Below are positions 33,466 to 44,500 of a DNA stretch of 64,000 bases, one piece after another; position 1 is the stretch's first letter; the number at the start of each line of letters is the position of its first letter. The notes under the pieces are model-generated. The model searched no databases, was not told the DNA's origin, and worked only from the letters and a program-made list of their open reading frames with translations. This stretch comes from a virus. Taxonomy: Duplodnaviria > Heunggongvirae > Uroviricota > Caudoviricetes. The DNA lies in IMG/VR virus record IMGVR_UViG_3300035520_000350, positions 32,466 through 96,465 of that record; one strand, given 5' to 3'. A program made the position numbers and the translations under genes.

Positions 33466-34953
33466 ATGAGTATGAACTTAGCAGACGCATTAAGAGAAGA
33501 CTCGAAATGGACAGTAACAGAGAACGGAGCAGATGCAAAGAATACCACTGGTAATCCTTTGCTTGATCTGTATGCAACTATTGGATCGTTAAGACAACGT
33601 GATGAAAAAGAAATCATCATGAAGTTTATCTTAGCATTCAATCATGATAAGCAGGGAGCAGTTCGGTGCTTATTCTATGCTCGTGATATCAGAGGTGGAC
33701 TCGGCGAACGTAATACGTTCAGAGTAATCTACAGATACATGGGCGATGCAATGCCTGAGATCGTAGAAGAGTATCTCGGTCTTATTCCGGAGATGGGAAG
33801 ATTTGATGACTTCTATGCTTTGATCGGAACAAAGGCAGAGGATGCTATGTGGGGATATGTAGGTGAGCAGCTTTCGCTTGACCAGAAGTCTATGATCGCT
33901 GGTAAGCCGTGTAGCTTATTAGCTAAGTGGCTTAAGAAAGCTGATTCTAAGAGTAAAGATACCAAGGCTCTTGGAATCTATACAGTAAAGAAGCTTGGTA
34001 TCTCCGTCTACGAGTACAAGCGGTTATGCAATAAACTCCGCAAGTACATCAACGTAGTTGAGGTAAAGATGAGTGAGAATAGGTGGACCAAGATTGAGTA
34101 TGATAAGGTTCCATCTAAAGCTATGCTCAACTATACCAATGCATTCAAGAGGCATGATGAACAGGGCTTCTCTAAGTATATCTTGAATGTAGAGGAAGGA
34201 ACCCAGAAGATCAACACCAGCACTCTGTATCCTTATGATATCGTGCATAAGTATCTGTACGAGACAGGATCAAAAGAGTTGGAAGTAATGTGGGATAATC
34301 TTCCGGATTATCTTAACGGTGTAGAGTGCAATGCTTTAGTCATTGCAGATACATCCGGATCTATGACGTGGGACGGCGGTATGCCTATCTCAAGTGCAGT
34401 AGGTCTCGCTATCTACTTTGCAGAACGTAATAAAGGAGCATTCCATAACCTCTTTATGACGTTCTCATCTCAGTCTAAGATTCATTCTATCGATGGATTG
34501 AAAGGACTGGCTCAGAAGATTAATTTCGTAAAGTCTTCTGATTCATCTTGGTGTGGTAGTACTGATCTTGAAGCGGCATTTACAAGGGTTCTCTACGTAG
34601 CAACACAGAACAAGGTTCCGAAGGAAGAGATGCCCAAAGCATTCATCGTTATCTCTGATATGGAGATCGACAGAGCAACAGAAGATGATAATGAGCATCG
34701 GCAGACATTCTACGATGCTATGAGAGCAAAGTATGCTGTGTTTGGTTATGATCTTCCGAAGATTATCTTCTGGAATGTAAATTCTCGGCATGATGTATTC
34801 CATTCTGATGATCAGAATGACAATACGTTACTTGTATCTGGTCAGTCAGCTAGTACATTCAAGAATATCATCCAGTGCATTGATAAGACTCCGGTAGAGA
34901 TGATGTATGCTGTACTCAACTCTGAGAGATATTCTGTAATCAATATCGAGTAG
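33466..34953 (+). CDS. vWA-domain protein with Ro60/TROVE-like architecture: an alpha-helical N-terminal domain plus a C-terminal vWA with a MIDAS motif. Possible Rsr/Ro60 ortholog or DUF2828-like.
   Basis: The MIDAS motif LVIADTSGSM aligns with Ro60 VLALDVSASM. Further Ro60 vWA-like blocks are WCGSTDLEAAF, KAFIVISDMEIDRA and KIIFWNVNSRHDVFHSDDQNDNTLLVSGQS. The likely start is ATG 33466 with SD AAAGGAG; the ORF track starts at 33412. GC is above the local average. Confidence 0.5.
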   Translation: MSMNLADALREDSKWTVTENGADAKNTTGNPLLDLYATIGSLRQRDEKEIIMKFILAFNHDKQGAVRCLFYARDIRGGLGERNTFRVIYRYMGDAMPEIVEEYLGLIPEMGRFDDFYALIGTKAEDAMWGYVGEQLSLDQKSMIAGKPCSLLAKWLKKADSKSKDTKALGIYTVKKLGISVYEYKRLCNKLRKYINVVEVKMSENRWTKIEYDKVPSKAMLNYTNAFKRHDEQGFSKYILNVEEGTQKINTSTLYPYDIVHKYLYETGSKELEVMWDNLPDYLNGVECNALVIADTSGSMTWDGGMPISSAVGLAIYFAERNKGAFHNLFMTFSSQSKIHSIDGLKGLAQKINFVKSSDSSWCGSTDLEAAFTRVLYVATQNKVPKEEMPKAFIVISDMEIDRATEDDNEHRQTFYDAMRAKYAVFGYDLPKIIFWNVNSRHDVFHSDDQNDNTLLVSGQSASTFKNIIQCIDKTPVEMMYAVLNSERYSVINIE

Positions 34954-34959
34954 TGTAAA

Positions 34960-34995
34960 TGGGCAGGTTGGTTAACTCCAACCTGCCTTTTATGT
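34960..34995 (+). terminator. Rho-independent terminator.
   Basis: GGCAGGTTGG-TTAACT-CCAACCTGCC followed by TTTTATG. Confidence 0.6.
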
Positions 34996-35081
34996 CGTCT
35001 TTTGTTAGAGTTACAGAAGTGGCTAATATACTATATAAGTGTAGAAACTAAAGGAAAAAGGTGTAATAGGAGGATTACATT

Positions 35082-35423
35082 ATGAGCAAGATGGTTGAGC
35101 AGATTAAAGAGGTGGAAAAGGTAGAAAGTTTCAAGCTGTTATTTAAGTATATCATAACAGTTGTTTTAAGTTTACTCCTCAATGTAGGAGTATTCATGGC
35201 ATTCTATTGCTACTGGTATTTCAAGACTGATCTTGATTCACTGTACCTTTTAGGTTGGTGGCTGGTATTTGGGTTACTTATACATGGTTTTCTGATATCT
35301 ATTACATATGATATCTTGAAGTATATGTATAGAACCTCAAAGATCAAGGTAAGAACAAAAGCGAAGTCTATTCGCAAAGATTTCATGACAAGAAACGTTA
35401 AAGAGTTAGGGTTAGAGGAGTAA
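35082..35423 (+). CDS. Small membrane protein, 113 aa, with 2-3 TM segments.
   Basis: Hydrophobic segments ITVVLSLLLNVGVFMAFYCYWYF and LGWWLVFGLLIHGFLISI. Confidence 0.55.
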   Translation: MSKMVEQIKEVEKVESFKLLFKYIITVVLSLLLNVGVFMAFYCYWYFKTDLDSLYLLGWWLVFGLLIHGFLISITYDILKYMYRTSKIKVRTKAKSIRKDFMTRNVKELGLEE

Positions 35424-35538
35424 AATCCTCTAACCTTTTTGTCTCACTTTACTTTATTTTTTCTTTTCACCCCTAATATGGAGTATCCCGAACATCTACA
35501 TAATCATGAAAAATTTTAGTAAAGGAGGCAAAGAGAGT

Positions 35539-38500
35539 ATGGCTAATGCATTACAATACGTCAAAAATGTGGGTAAGTCTTTTGGCTACTCAACAATAGA
35601 GATGCTAGAGAGTTATAACCCACAGATAAAAACCTTAGCCTCTCAAACTAAGGCTTTTGGTTCTGATCTATACCAGACTATTGATGATTTCAAAGCTAGT
35701 ATGACAGACACTGGATCGGAAAAAGGTTTACTTAGTTTAGGAAAAGATAGTATAAGTGAACTTAAGAAGAATCTGTTTGAAGATTTGAAATCTGGTAATT
35801 GGTATAACAAAGCCAGAGCAGAAGAAGTAGAAGGTGCTGCCGTTGCCGATATGTTTGGTTTCGACGACGAAGATTTTAATCTTGATGACTTAGATCTTGA
35901 CTTCTCTGATGATGATTTTGGAGAAGATAATGATGACTTAGCAGCCACCTTTGTTGAAGCGGAGAAAGAGTCTACCGATTCTATTGTAGGAGCTTTAGAT
36001 GAAGTAGGTAATAAAGCTTCACATGCTGTTGCTACTGCTACAGTAAGTTCTGCTGACTTCATTGTTACTTCTAATAGACAGAGTAGTAGAGCATTATATA
36101 GTCTTAACCAGAGAGGATTCCATGATCTTGCTACTGGTTTAGGAGCTATCAATGCTAATATATCTACTATAGTTTCTATGGGCGAACCGTTAACAGCTCA
36201 TATGCAGAATGCTGCAACGTTCTATACTAAGTCTAGTGAATATCAGGATAAAGTACTGGAGAGACTTGACATTCTTGTCAAGTTTGCTAGTCCTGAATCT
36301 AAGACTACTAATTATAGAAAAGAAGGTACTCTTGATTCTATTCTTAATGATGGAGTATTAGATCTTTCCTCATACTTTGATATGCTTATGGGAAGATTCA
36401 AAGACTTTAAAGACGATATTATCGGTATGCTTGATATGCTTGGTGGTCCTGAAGCAGCCATTAAGATGGTTACTGCATCTCCACTTAAGTTCCTTACTGA
36501 TAATCTTGTAAAGTTTGTATTTCCTACAATGATTAAGAATAGTATGCAACAGTTCAATCAGCATCTTGAATCTTTCTTTGGTGCAGCTATTGATAAACTT
36601 CAGTATGCTACTCCAGATGGTGATATTGGAAATCTCTTCGATATGATAAGAGATTACGTAATGCCTAAGAGTGGATATAAAGATAAGATTGATACTAGTA
36701 TGTATCTTAAGGGTAAAGCAGAGTGGACTGGTAAAGACCAGAAAGCTTTGAGAGATGTAATCCCTACTTACCTAGCTCAGATCACTTCTGCAGTAACAGG
36801 TAAACCTGAGACAAGATATGATTATGAGAGAGGTAAGTTTATTACCATATCTGGAATAAAGAATGAGTTTGATAGCAAAGCTAAGAGATATGCTCAAAGT
36901 GCAGGTGGAGACTTCTTATACGATGCTTTAGATGTAGTAAGTAAGTTGGGTCTTAATCCGGAAGATCAGAAGAAGATGAAAGATCAGATCAATGAATTCT
37001 TCCTGAATATGTTTAAGACCGGTAAAGGTGAGATAATGAATCTCCAGAAAGATAACTTTGAATATCAGAAGTATGGATTAGATGATGATAGTGTCAAAGT
37101 TCTGAGAGATATGCTTAATAGCTATGCTAAACTTCATAAGACAGATGTAGCAAACATGGCGGCTACTGAAATGCGCCTACAGAGGGATAGATATGGCGAT
37201 GAGCTTAGAGGTATAGAAGCTAACGGTGGTATCTTTACCTCTCTTTTTGATAACTCTTCTTTACCTACTACTGGAGAAAAGGCTGTTAAAGTAAGACCTG
37301 GTGGAATACTTGGAGTAGATAAGTATAATCATGATCTATTCTTCTACCTTCAGGGTATCTATCAGTATACTGGTCATCTTTCCGACAATATTGGAATACT
37401 TGGTGGAGGATCACCAATCAATCCTAAGGGAGGAAGTTATCGTAATAGAGGTAAAGGTGTTGAACCTACTCCTATTAAGGATATTCCTTATGAGTCTACT
37501 GAGGAAGAGAAGGAGAAAGCTTCTAAGGATAACTCCAATGCTCAGCAGTCTACTGCTCAGTCTAAAGCTCAATCTGTTTATGATACTATCTTTAGTAGAC
37601 ATGAATACGATGAGGGATTCACTGGACAGAGAGAGAAGAAAGATAGACGAAAAGAAGAAGCTAAGTCTAAGTTAGATGCTGACTTAGATGCAGGTGTAAT
37701 CTCAGAAGAGGAGTATAAAGAGAAGATTAAAGAACTTGAGGAAGAATCTAGCAATGCATCTACAGAAAAGTTCTTTAAACGTATGAAAGAAAAAGGTGCT
37801 AAGAGTGAGAAACTTTCTGGTATCAGAAAGGTTATGGATAAGATTCATGGCATCTTTAATAAGCCTGCTGAAGTAGTTAGTGAGATATTAGGAGCAGGAG
37901 AGATATCTATGTATCATCTTCTTTATGGCAAAGGAGGGGATGACGAGAAGGGTATCTTTGCTTACTTCTATGAGAAAGCAGATAGTCTCTTTACTAAGTT
38001 TGATAAATTCTTCGAGGATAAGTTTGACTTCAGTATCAAGTCTTGGTTCAAGAAAATGTTTGGTAAAGCCAAAGATTCAGATTTTGTTCAAGAGACAGGA
38101 GAAGAACTTAAGAATGCTGGAAGAAGTGTATGGGATGATGTAAAGAGATTCACTGGTTTTGGTACCCCTAGTGATGAGAAGGAAGATAATGGAGAGGGAG
38201 AAACTGAGCCTATAGATAATGGTCAAGCAGCAACTGGACGTAAAGTAACTAAGACTGGTATTGTTGCTGTATCTGAAGGTGAGATGATTATCCCATCTGA
38301 ATATAATCCTTATTATCATGGAACTAATGACAAGAAGACTCAGCTTAAGAACGAAGCTAATGCAATAAAGAAGTTCTATGGTAGATATGCTAGAGGTGGA
38401 TTTGCGGGAGCTGCTAAACAAAGCTATGATCCTGAAACAGAAGAGTGGATATACTACGATGCAGAGGGAAATGAGATCGGTAGAAGAGAAGCTACTGAGA

Positions 38501-41500
38501 AAGAGAAGCTTAAGCAGAAAGGTAAGTTTGAATCTGGTAATTCTCATGGACGTACTAAACGTAACTTCTATAGACAGAAGGGTAAGAATCCTAAGAACGT
38601 TAAGGATTTTATCTTTGGTTCTGCAGCTCAGCTTGGTAATGATCTTGAAGATATTCTCAAAAGATTTAAACCTAAGAAAGATGAAGATAGTATCATTGAT
38701 AAAGTAGTCAATGAAGAGAATAGAAAAAGACTCAAAGAAGCTAATCTACCAGAAGAAGTAGTTAAGAATCGTGGTGCTATGGGTGCTGGTGCTCTTATAG
38801 GAGCAGGAGCTTCTATATTAACTGGTGCTGTAGTAGGTCCTCTTGCTGGAGCAGCTATTGGAACTGGAGTGGGTCTTGTAGTAAGATCTGAGAAAGTTCA
38901 GAAAGCTTTATTCGGTGAGGTGGATGAAAGAACTGGAGAAAGACAAGGAGGTATACTCTCTAAGAAAATATCTAATTTCATTGTAGATCAAGTTCCAAGT
39001 ATTGGTAAAGGAGCAGGAGCTGGTGCTATTGGTGGTTTATTTATGGGATCACCTATCATTGGTGCTATCGTTGGTGGCACTGTAGGATTTGTATCTAGCT
39101 CTGAAAAAGCTAAAGAAGCTTTATTTGGTAAACGAGATGAGAATGGTAATTGGATTAACGAAGGACTTATCAATAGTGAGATACAAAAGAAGGTCAAAGA
39201 AGTAGCTCCTAATATTGGAGCTGGTATGATCGCTGGAATGATTGGTGGTCCTTTCGGTATTGCCGGAAACCTTATTGTAGGTGGTGCTTTAGGATATGTG
39301 TCTACCACTGATTCCTTCAAAGATATGCTTCTTGGTAAGAAGGATAAGGATGGTAAGAGGCAAGGTGGATTAGTAGGAGAGATTAGAACTTACTTCTTTG
39401 GAAAGAAAGAAGATGGTGAGAAGCAAGGCGTTCTTACCAGTATCACTGGTATCTTTCAGAAAGTAGGTAATGAGATCTCTATCCACTCTAGAAATATCTT
39501 TAAGACTATTGGTAAGACAATAAGAAAGATAGTATCCGCTGGAGTTAAGTCTACATTAGGTCAGTTTATTGCTACAAGTCCTATTGGTAAGATAGGTAGA
39601 GCTGTAGGCAAAGGTGCTACAGCAATAGCTAAGTTACCATTTAAAGCAGTAAGGAGCACTCTTTCTGGAGTAGATTCTGCATTAGGTAAGAGAGCTTTGA
39701 AGAGAGGCTATGGACTGCTTAATAGTGACGGAAGCAAGATGACAGCTAAGGAAAGATTAGCAGCAAGAGAAGACTATGGCATGAATGAGTCTGTTAAATT
39801 CAGACTTAATAAGTCTTATCAGTCTAATAGAAATCTTGATCAGTACTTAATGGATGCTGATGAGACTCAGTTAAATGAGTTAAAGAGTGTCTTAGAGTAC
39901 TATGAAGATCCTACTAAGAAGTATGATAACGATGAGAGAGCTTATAAGAAAGAGTTTGCTAGTAAGATCGAAGAGTACGGAATTAGTCCAGAGACCGCTG
40001 TTAGATTAGAGAAGTTAGCTGTTGGAAAAGGTAAGTTTAAACCTGATGAGAATATCTCTACTATTCTTGCTAATGCTACTGATAATAAAGAACAGGCACA
40101 AGAGTTAGAGAATATCTTTAATGATATTACTTCTACTAGAATGGGTAGAGTAGAAGCATTAAAGGATAAGGATAAAGCTCGTAAAGACTTACTTGACAAG
40201 TCAGGTATCCTTGGTAAAGTAAAAGGTGTTGATATCAATAGTGACTCTGATATTAGAGAAATGCTTAGCCTTATCAATACTGAGATTGAGGATAGAACTA
40301 AGCCTGATGAAGAGAAAGATAAACAAGATCAGGTAGAACGTGAGGAAACTAATACCGAAAACATCACTACTATTGCTGATGTAATCCAGAAGATCTATGA
40401 TTATATCACTGGTAAAGATGATTATGAAGAAAGAGTTCCTGAGGATACACGTAATGCTATACAAGAAGCGATGGATAATACTGAGCAATCTGTTAGAGCA
40501 GCTAGTCCGTCTAGTGTTACTAATGAAACAGAAGAATCTACAAACACTACTACAGAATCTACTGATAATGGTGCTGGAGAGACCGAACCTATCGGAGAAA
40601 CAGAAGAAGCTGCTGTATCTGAAGGTGAGACTATTATTAATTCTAGAGGTTATAGAAGACCTTCCAAGATTAAGAATGCTATTAACAGTATCAGAGGTAA
40701 GTTCCATAGATTTGTAGGAAGATTTGCAGAAGGAGGTATTGTAGGAGAGTCTTCTGATGAAGAGTTTACTAATCCAGTAGATCAGACTAGATCTATTGTT
40801 GCTAATGCAGTGAATCTCTATACTACTGGTAAGAATGGTTTTGTCTTAGTAGATAGAGATGAAGATAAAGCAGAAGTAAAAGAGTCAGAAGATAAGTTAG
40901 AAGAGAATAAAGAGACAGCTAATACTGCTAGAGAAGCAATAGACAATGCTAAGGATCTTACTAAAGCTAAAGCTAATACAGATGATGGTGGACTTAAAGA
41001 TAGTAAGAGTGGTATTATAACTCAAACAGATGCTTTAGGTAATATCTATCAGATGAAAGAGAACAACGAAGGTGAGCTGGAGATGGATCTTTCTGATTCA
41101 CAAACTCAGCAAGCTATGGAGTCTCAGAGTAAGTTTAAAGAGGCTATATATTCTATTCCGTTACTTGGTGCTGGAATTAAAGGTATCAGTGGATTAATGG
41201 GTTCTCTTAAGAGTGGCTTATTAGGAGATGGAGAAGAGGGAGAAAGTAAGAGTCTGTTATCTACTCTTATTGAAAGCCTTACTGGAGAAGATGGTGTCCT
41301 TAGCGGATTATTCAGCTTCTTTACTAATTCTCCTATTGGAACCGCTGTAAGTACAGTTCTTAGTAGAGTAAGTCTTAGTGGAGTATTAACTGGTATTGGA
41401 TTCCCTGCATTGATTGCATCTGCATTCACTGGTGCTTTTGATGATTTAGGAGCATCTTTATCTGAGAAGATATCTGCTCTTAAGGGTAATGAAACAGAGG

Positions 41501-44500
41501 GTAACGGGACTCTGGATAATAATAAGAAGTACTTCATCGATGGTAAAGAGATCGCTGTAGATGAAAATGGCGAATTCATGAAGAACGAAGATGGAGATTA
41601 TATTGCTGTAGATGGAACAATACTATCTAAGGATGAGAACATTGAATCTTATGGTACTGATACTAGAATCAGTACACAGTTGAAGAAGAATGCTATCTTA
41701 AATACCGGTGGTGTTGCTGCTACTGCTATTGCTTCTGCAGGAAACTTTGTAAAGAAACTTGCTACTGGAGAAAAGGGTACTTATACTTCTTCTACTGCTG
41801 GTAAAGCTATATTAGATGCTAGTAGCTCTATGGCTAACTCTGTTATGGCTACTATCACTAAGCTTCTTGAAAAGATTCCTACAGTATTGAGTAAGATCCC
41901 ATTCATTAAGAAATGGGTAAACGAAGAGAGTTGTACTACAATCTGTGAAACTCTTTCTAAGAATCTTCAGTCTGCTGTTACATCTGCAGGTAATGGTATT
42001 ACTAAAATAGCTGAGAAACTTGGTAAAGTATTTGCAGTAATTAAGGTAGTTAATGTAATTGCTCAAGGTATTGATGCCTGGGGCAATGCAGAAAGCATCT
42101 TAGGAATTGTAGATGAGGCTACTACTGGACAGAGAGTTATTGCTGTACTTATTGCTGTAGTGAATGCTTTGATACCTGTTATTGGAGATCTTATTCCTAA
42201 TAAGGTATTAGTAAATATCTTTATGGAAATAGCTCCTAAGATTGGTATTGATGTATCTGGTCTTGAGGAACAGAGAGAAGAAGCTAAGGCTATTGTAGAT
42301 CAGTATAATGAAGAAACAGGATCTGATCTTACTATTGAAGCTTATAACCAGATGAATGGTAAAGCTGGTGTAATTACTAAAGTTAAAAACTGGGGATCTG
42401 GATTAGTAGCTAATATCAAAGAGAAAGGCTTTGGTACTGCTGTTAGTAATGCTGCTAGTGATATAGGTACTTCTGTAAGTAACTATGTATCAGATAAGGT
42501 TACAAACTTCAAAGAAACATTTGAAGAGAGTGGTCTTGGAGAAGCTGTTGCTAGTACATTAGACAGTATATTACCTGGTCCTATCGGAGATCTTGCTGGT
42601 AATGTGGCAAGAGTTACATCGTTAGCTTTATCTGGTGATGTCAGTGGAGTACTTGGCTTTAATATGGTAGATGTAGATGAGAATAGTGGAGTATTATCCA
42701 AGATTATCAATACTATATTGAGTACTATAGTCAAGATTCCAGAGACTCCTATTGCTGTATTATTCAAAGGTGCTCATGCTGTATTCAATGGAATCAAGAG
42801 TATTGTATCTAAAGTTACCGGATACGTTACTGATACTGTCAATATGATGAACACTGTTAAGGAAGATACTGTTACACTTGTTAATGATCCTAACTCTACA
42901 TTGTCTGATTTCTTTGATTTCAGTGTTTATAAGGATGATGAGGATAATCCAATAGGTGGACTTAGTAAAGTTATAGCAGTATCTACTAGAATAAGCATGT
43001 TTGGACAGATGATTGTGTCCAAGATTGGAAAATCTATTGCTGAGTTTGTGGGAGGTGTTGCAACTAAGATAAAGAATACTGCTACTGCGGCTTGGTCTGA
43101 TAAAGATGCTCTAAAAGAAACTGCTTTAAGCGGAGATGTATCTGGCTTATGGAGTCAAGAAATAGAATTGCCTGAAGACACTCCTGTCAATGGATTCTTT
43201 AAGGTAAGTCATTTCTTAAATAAGATATCTTATATGCCTTTAGCATTCTTTGTCAATGTTGGACATAAGATATCTGACTTTGTAAGTGGTGTAGCTGATA
43301 AGGTAAAAACTAATGTAGGATCTGTAGCTACAGATTACAGTAATCTTAAGGATATAGCAGAATCAGGAGATGTATCTGGCATATGGGATTACACTCATGA
43401 AGAGACAGAAGATTCTCCACTGAATGGTTTTGTTAAAGCAGCTCTGTTTATGAATAAGCTAAGCTTTACACCTAATGCTTTGTTCCATATGGTAGGTAAT
43501 AAGATTAGTGATTTCATTAGTCCTAAGATTGATACTGCTAAATCTGATTACTTAGTATTGACTGAAGGTACTGAAAACCTGAAATCACTCTCCTCAGATG
43601 GTGATATTTCAGGTGTTTGGAATGCAGAATCTCCCAAATTTACAGATGGAGGCATCTTATCACCACTTTATAAGGCTATATATAATGTGCAGAAAATCTT
43701 CTATAGTATTACTGCAATTATCCATAAGATATTTGGATTCATTAGTGATACAATAGGAGGAATCAAAGATAAGTTTGATGACGTTGTTTCTACAGTTAGT
43801 GATACAGTAGACAGCGTTAAAGAGAAGGTATCTGGAACTATTGATAATGTCAAAGATACAGTGTCTAACGTTGCTAATGGAGCATTCCAAAGCGTTAAGA
43901 ACTGGCTGACAGGAAGTGGCTCTGGATTACCAGTAAGCAAAGCTAAGAAGTATAAAGGTGCTGGTTCTAATAAGAATGAGATGTTTGTATCTCAGATTAG
44001 TGACCAGTATAGTAGTATTCCATTCGGAAATTCTACAGTAGGTGATATTGGTTGTGGCCCTGCTGTAGCTACCATGATTGGTAACTTTGAGAAACCTGGT
44101 TCCATTAATATGAAGACTGCTATTAGTGAAGCTAAGGGATATGAAGATGAGAAAGGAACTACTGCCGATTACTTTAAGGAAGTACTAAATAAGAGAGGTT
44201 TATCTAGCAACTATATTGATACACAGAAAGCCACAGGTCAGAAAGATCTTGTTACTGATCTTGCTAATGGTAAGCCTGCTGTATTACTTGGAGAAGATTC
44301 TACAAACGACTCCAAGGAAGCTTCACCTTTCGGACCTACAGGTCATTATGTAATGGCTAAAGGTTTTGATGATAAAGGTAATATTATCATTGAAGATCCT
44401 GAATCTGATACACCTGATAAGGCTTATAGTCCTAATATCTTAAGCAAAGTTAATATGGCTGTAACGACAGATCAAGTCGGAGAAGAGAACACAGATGAGA

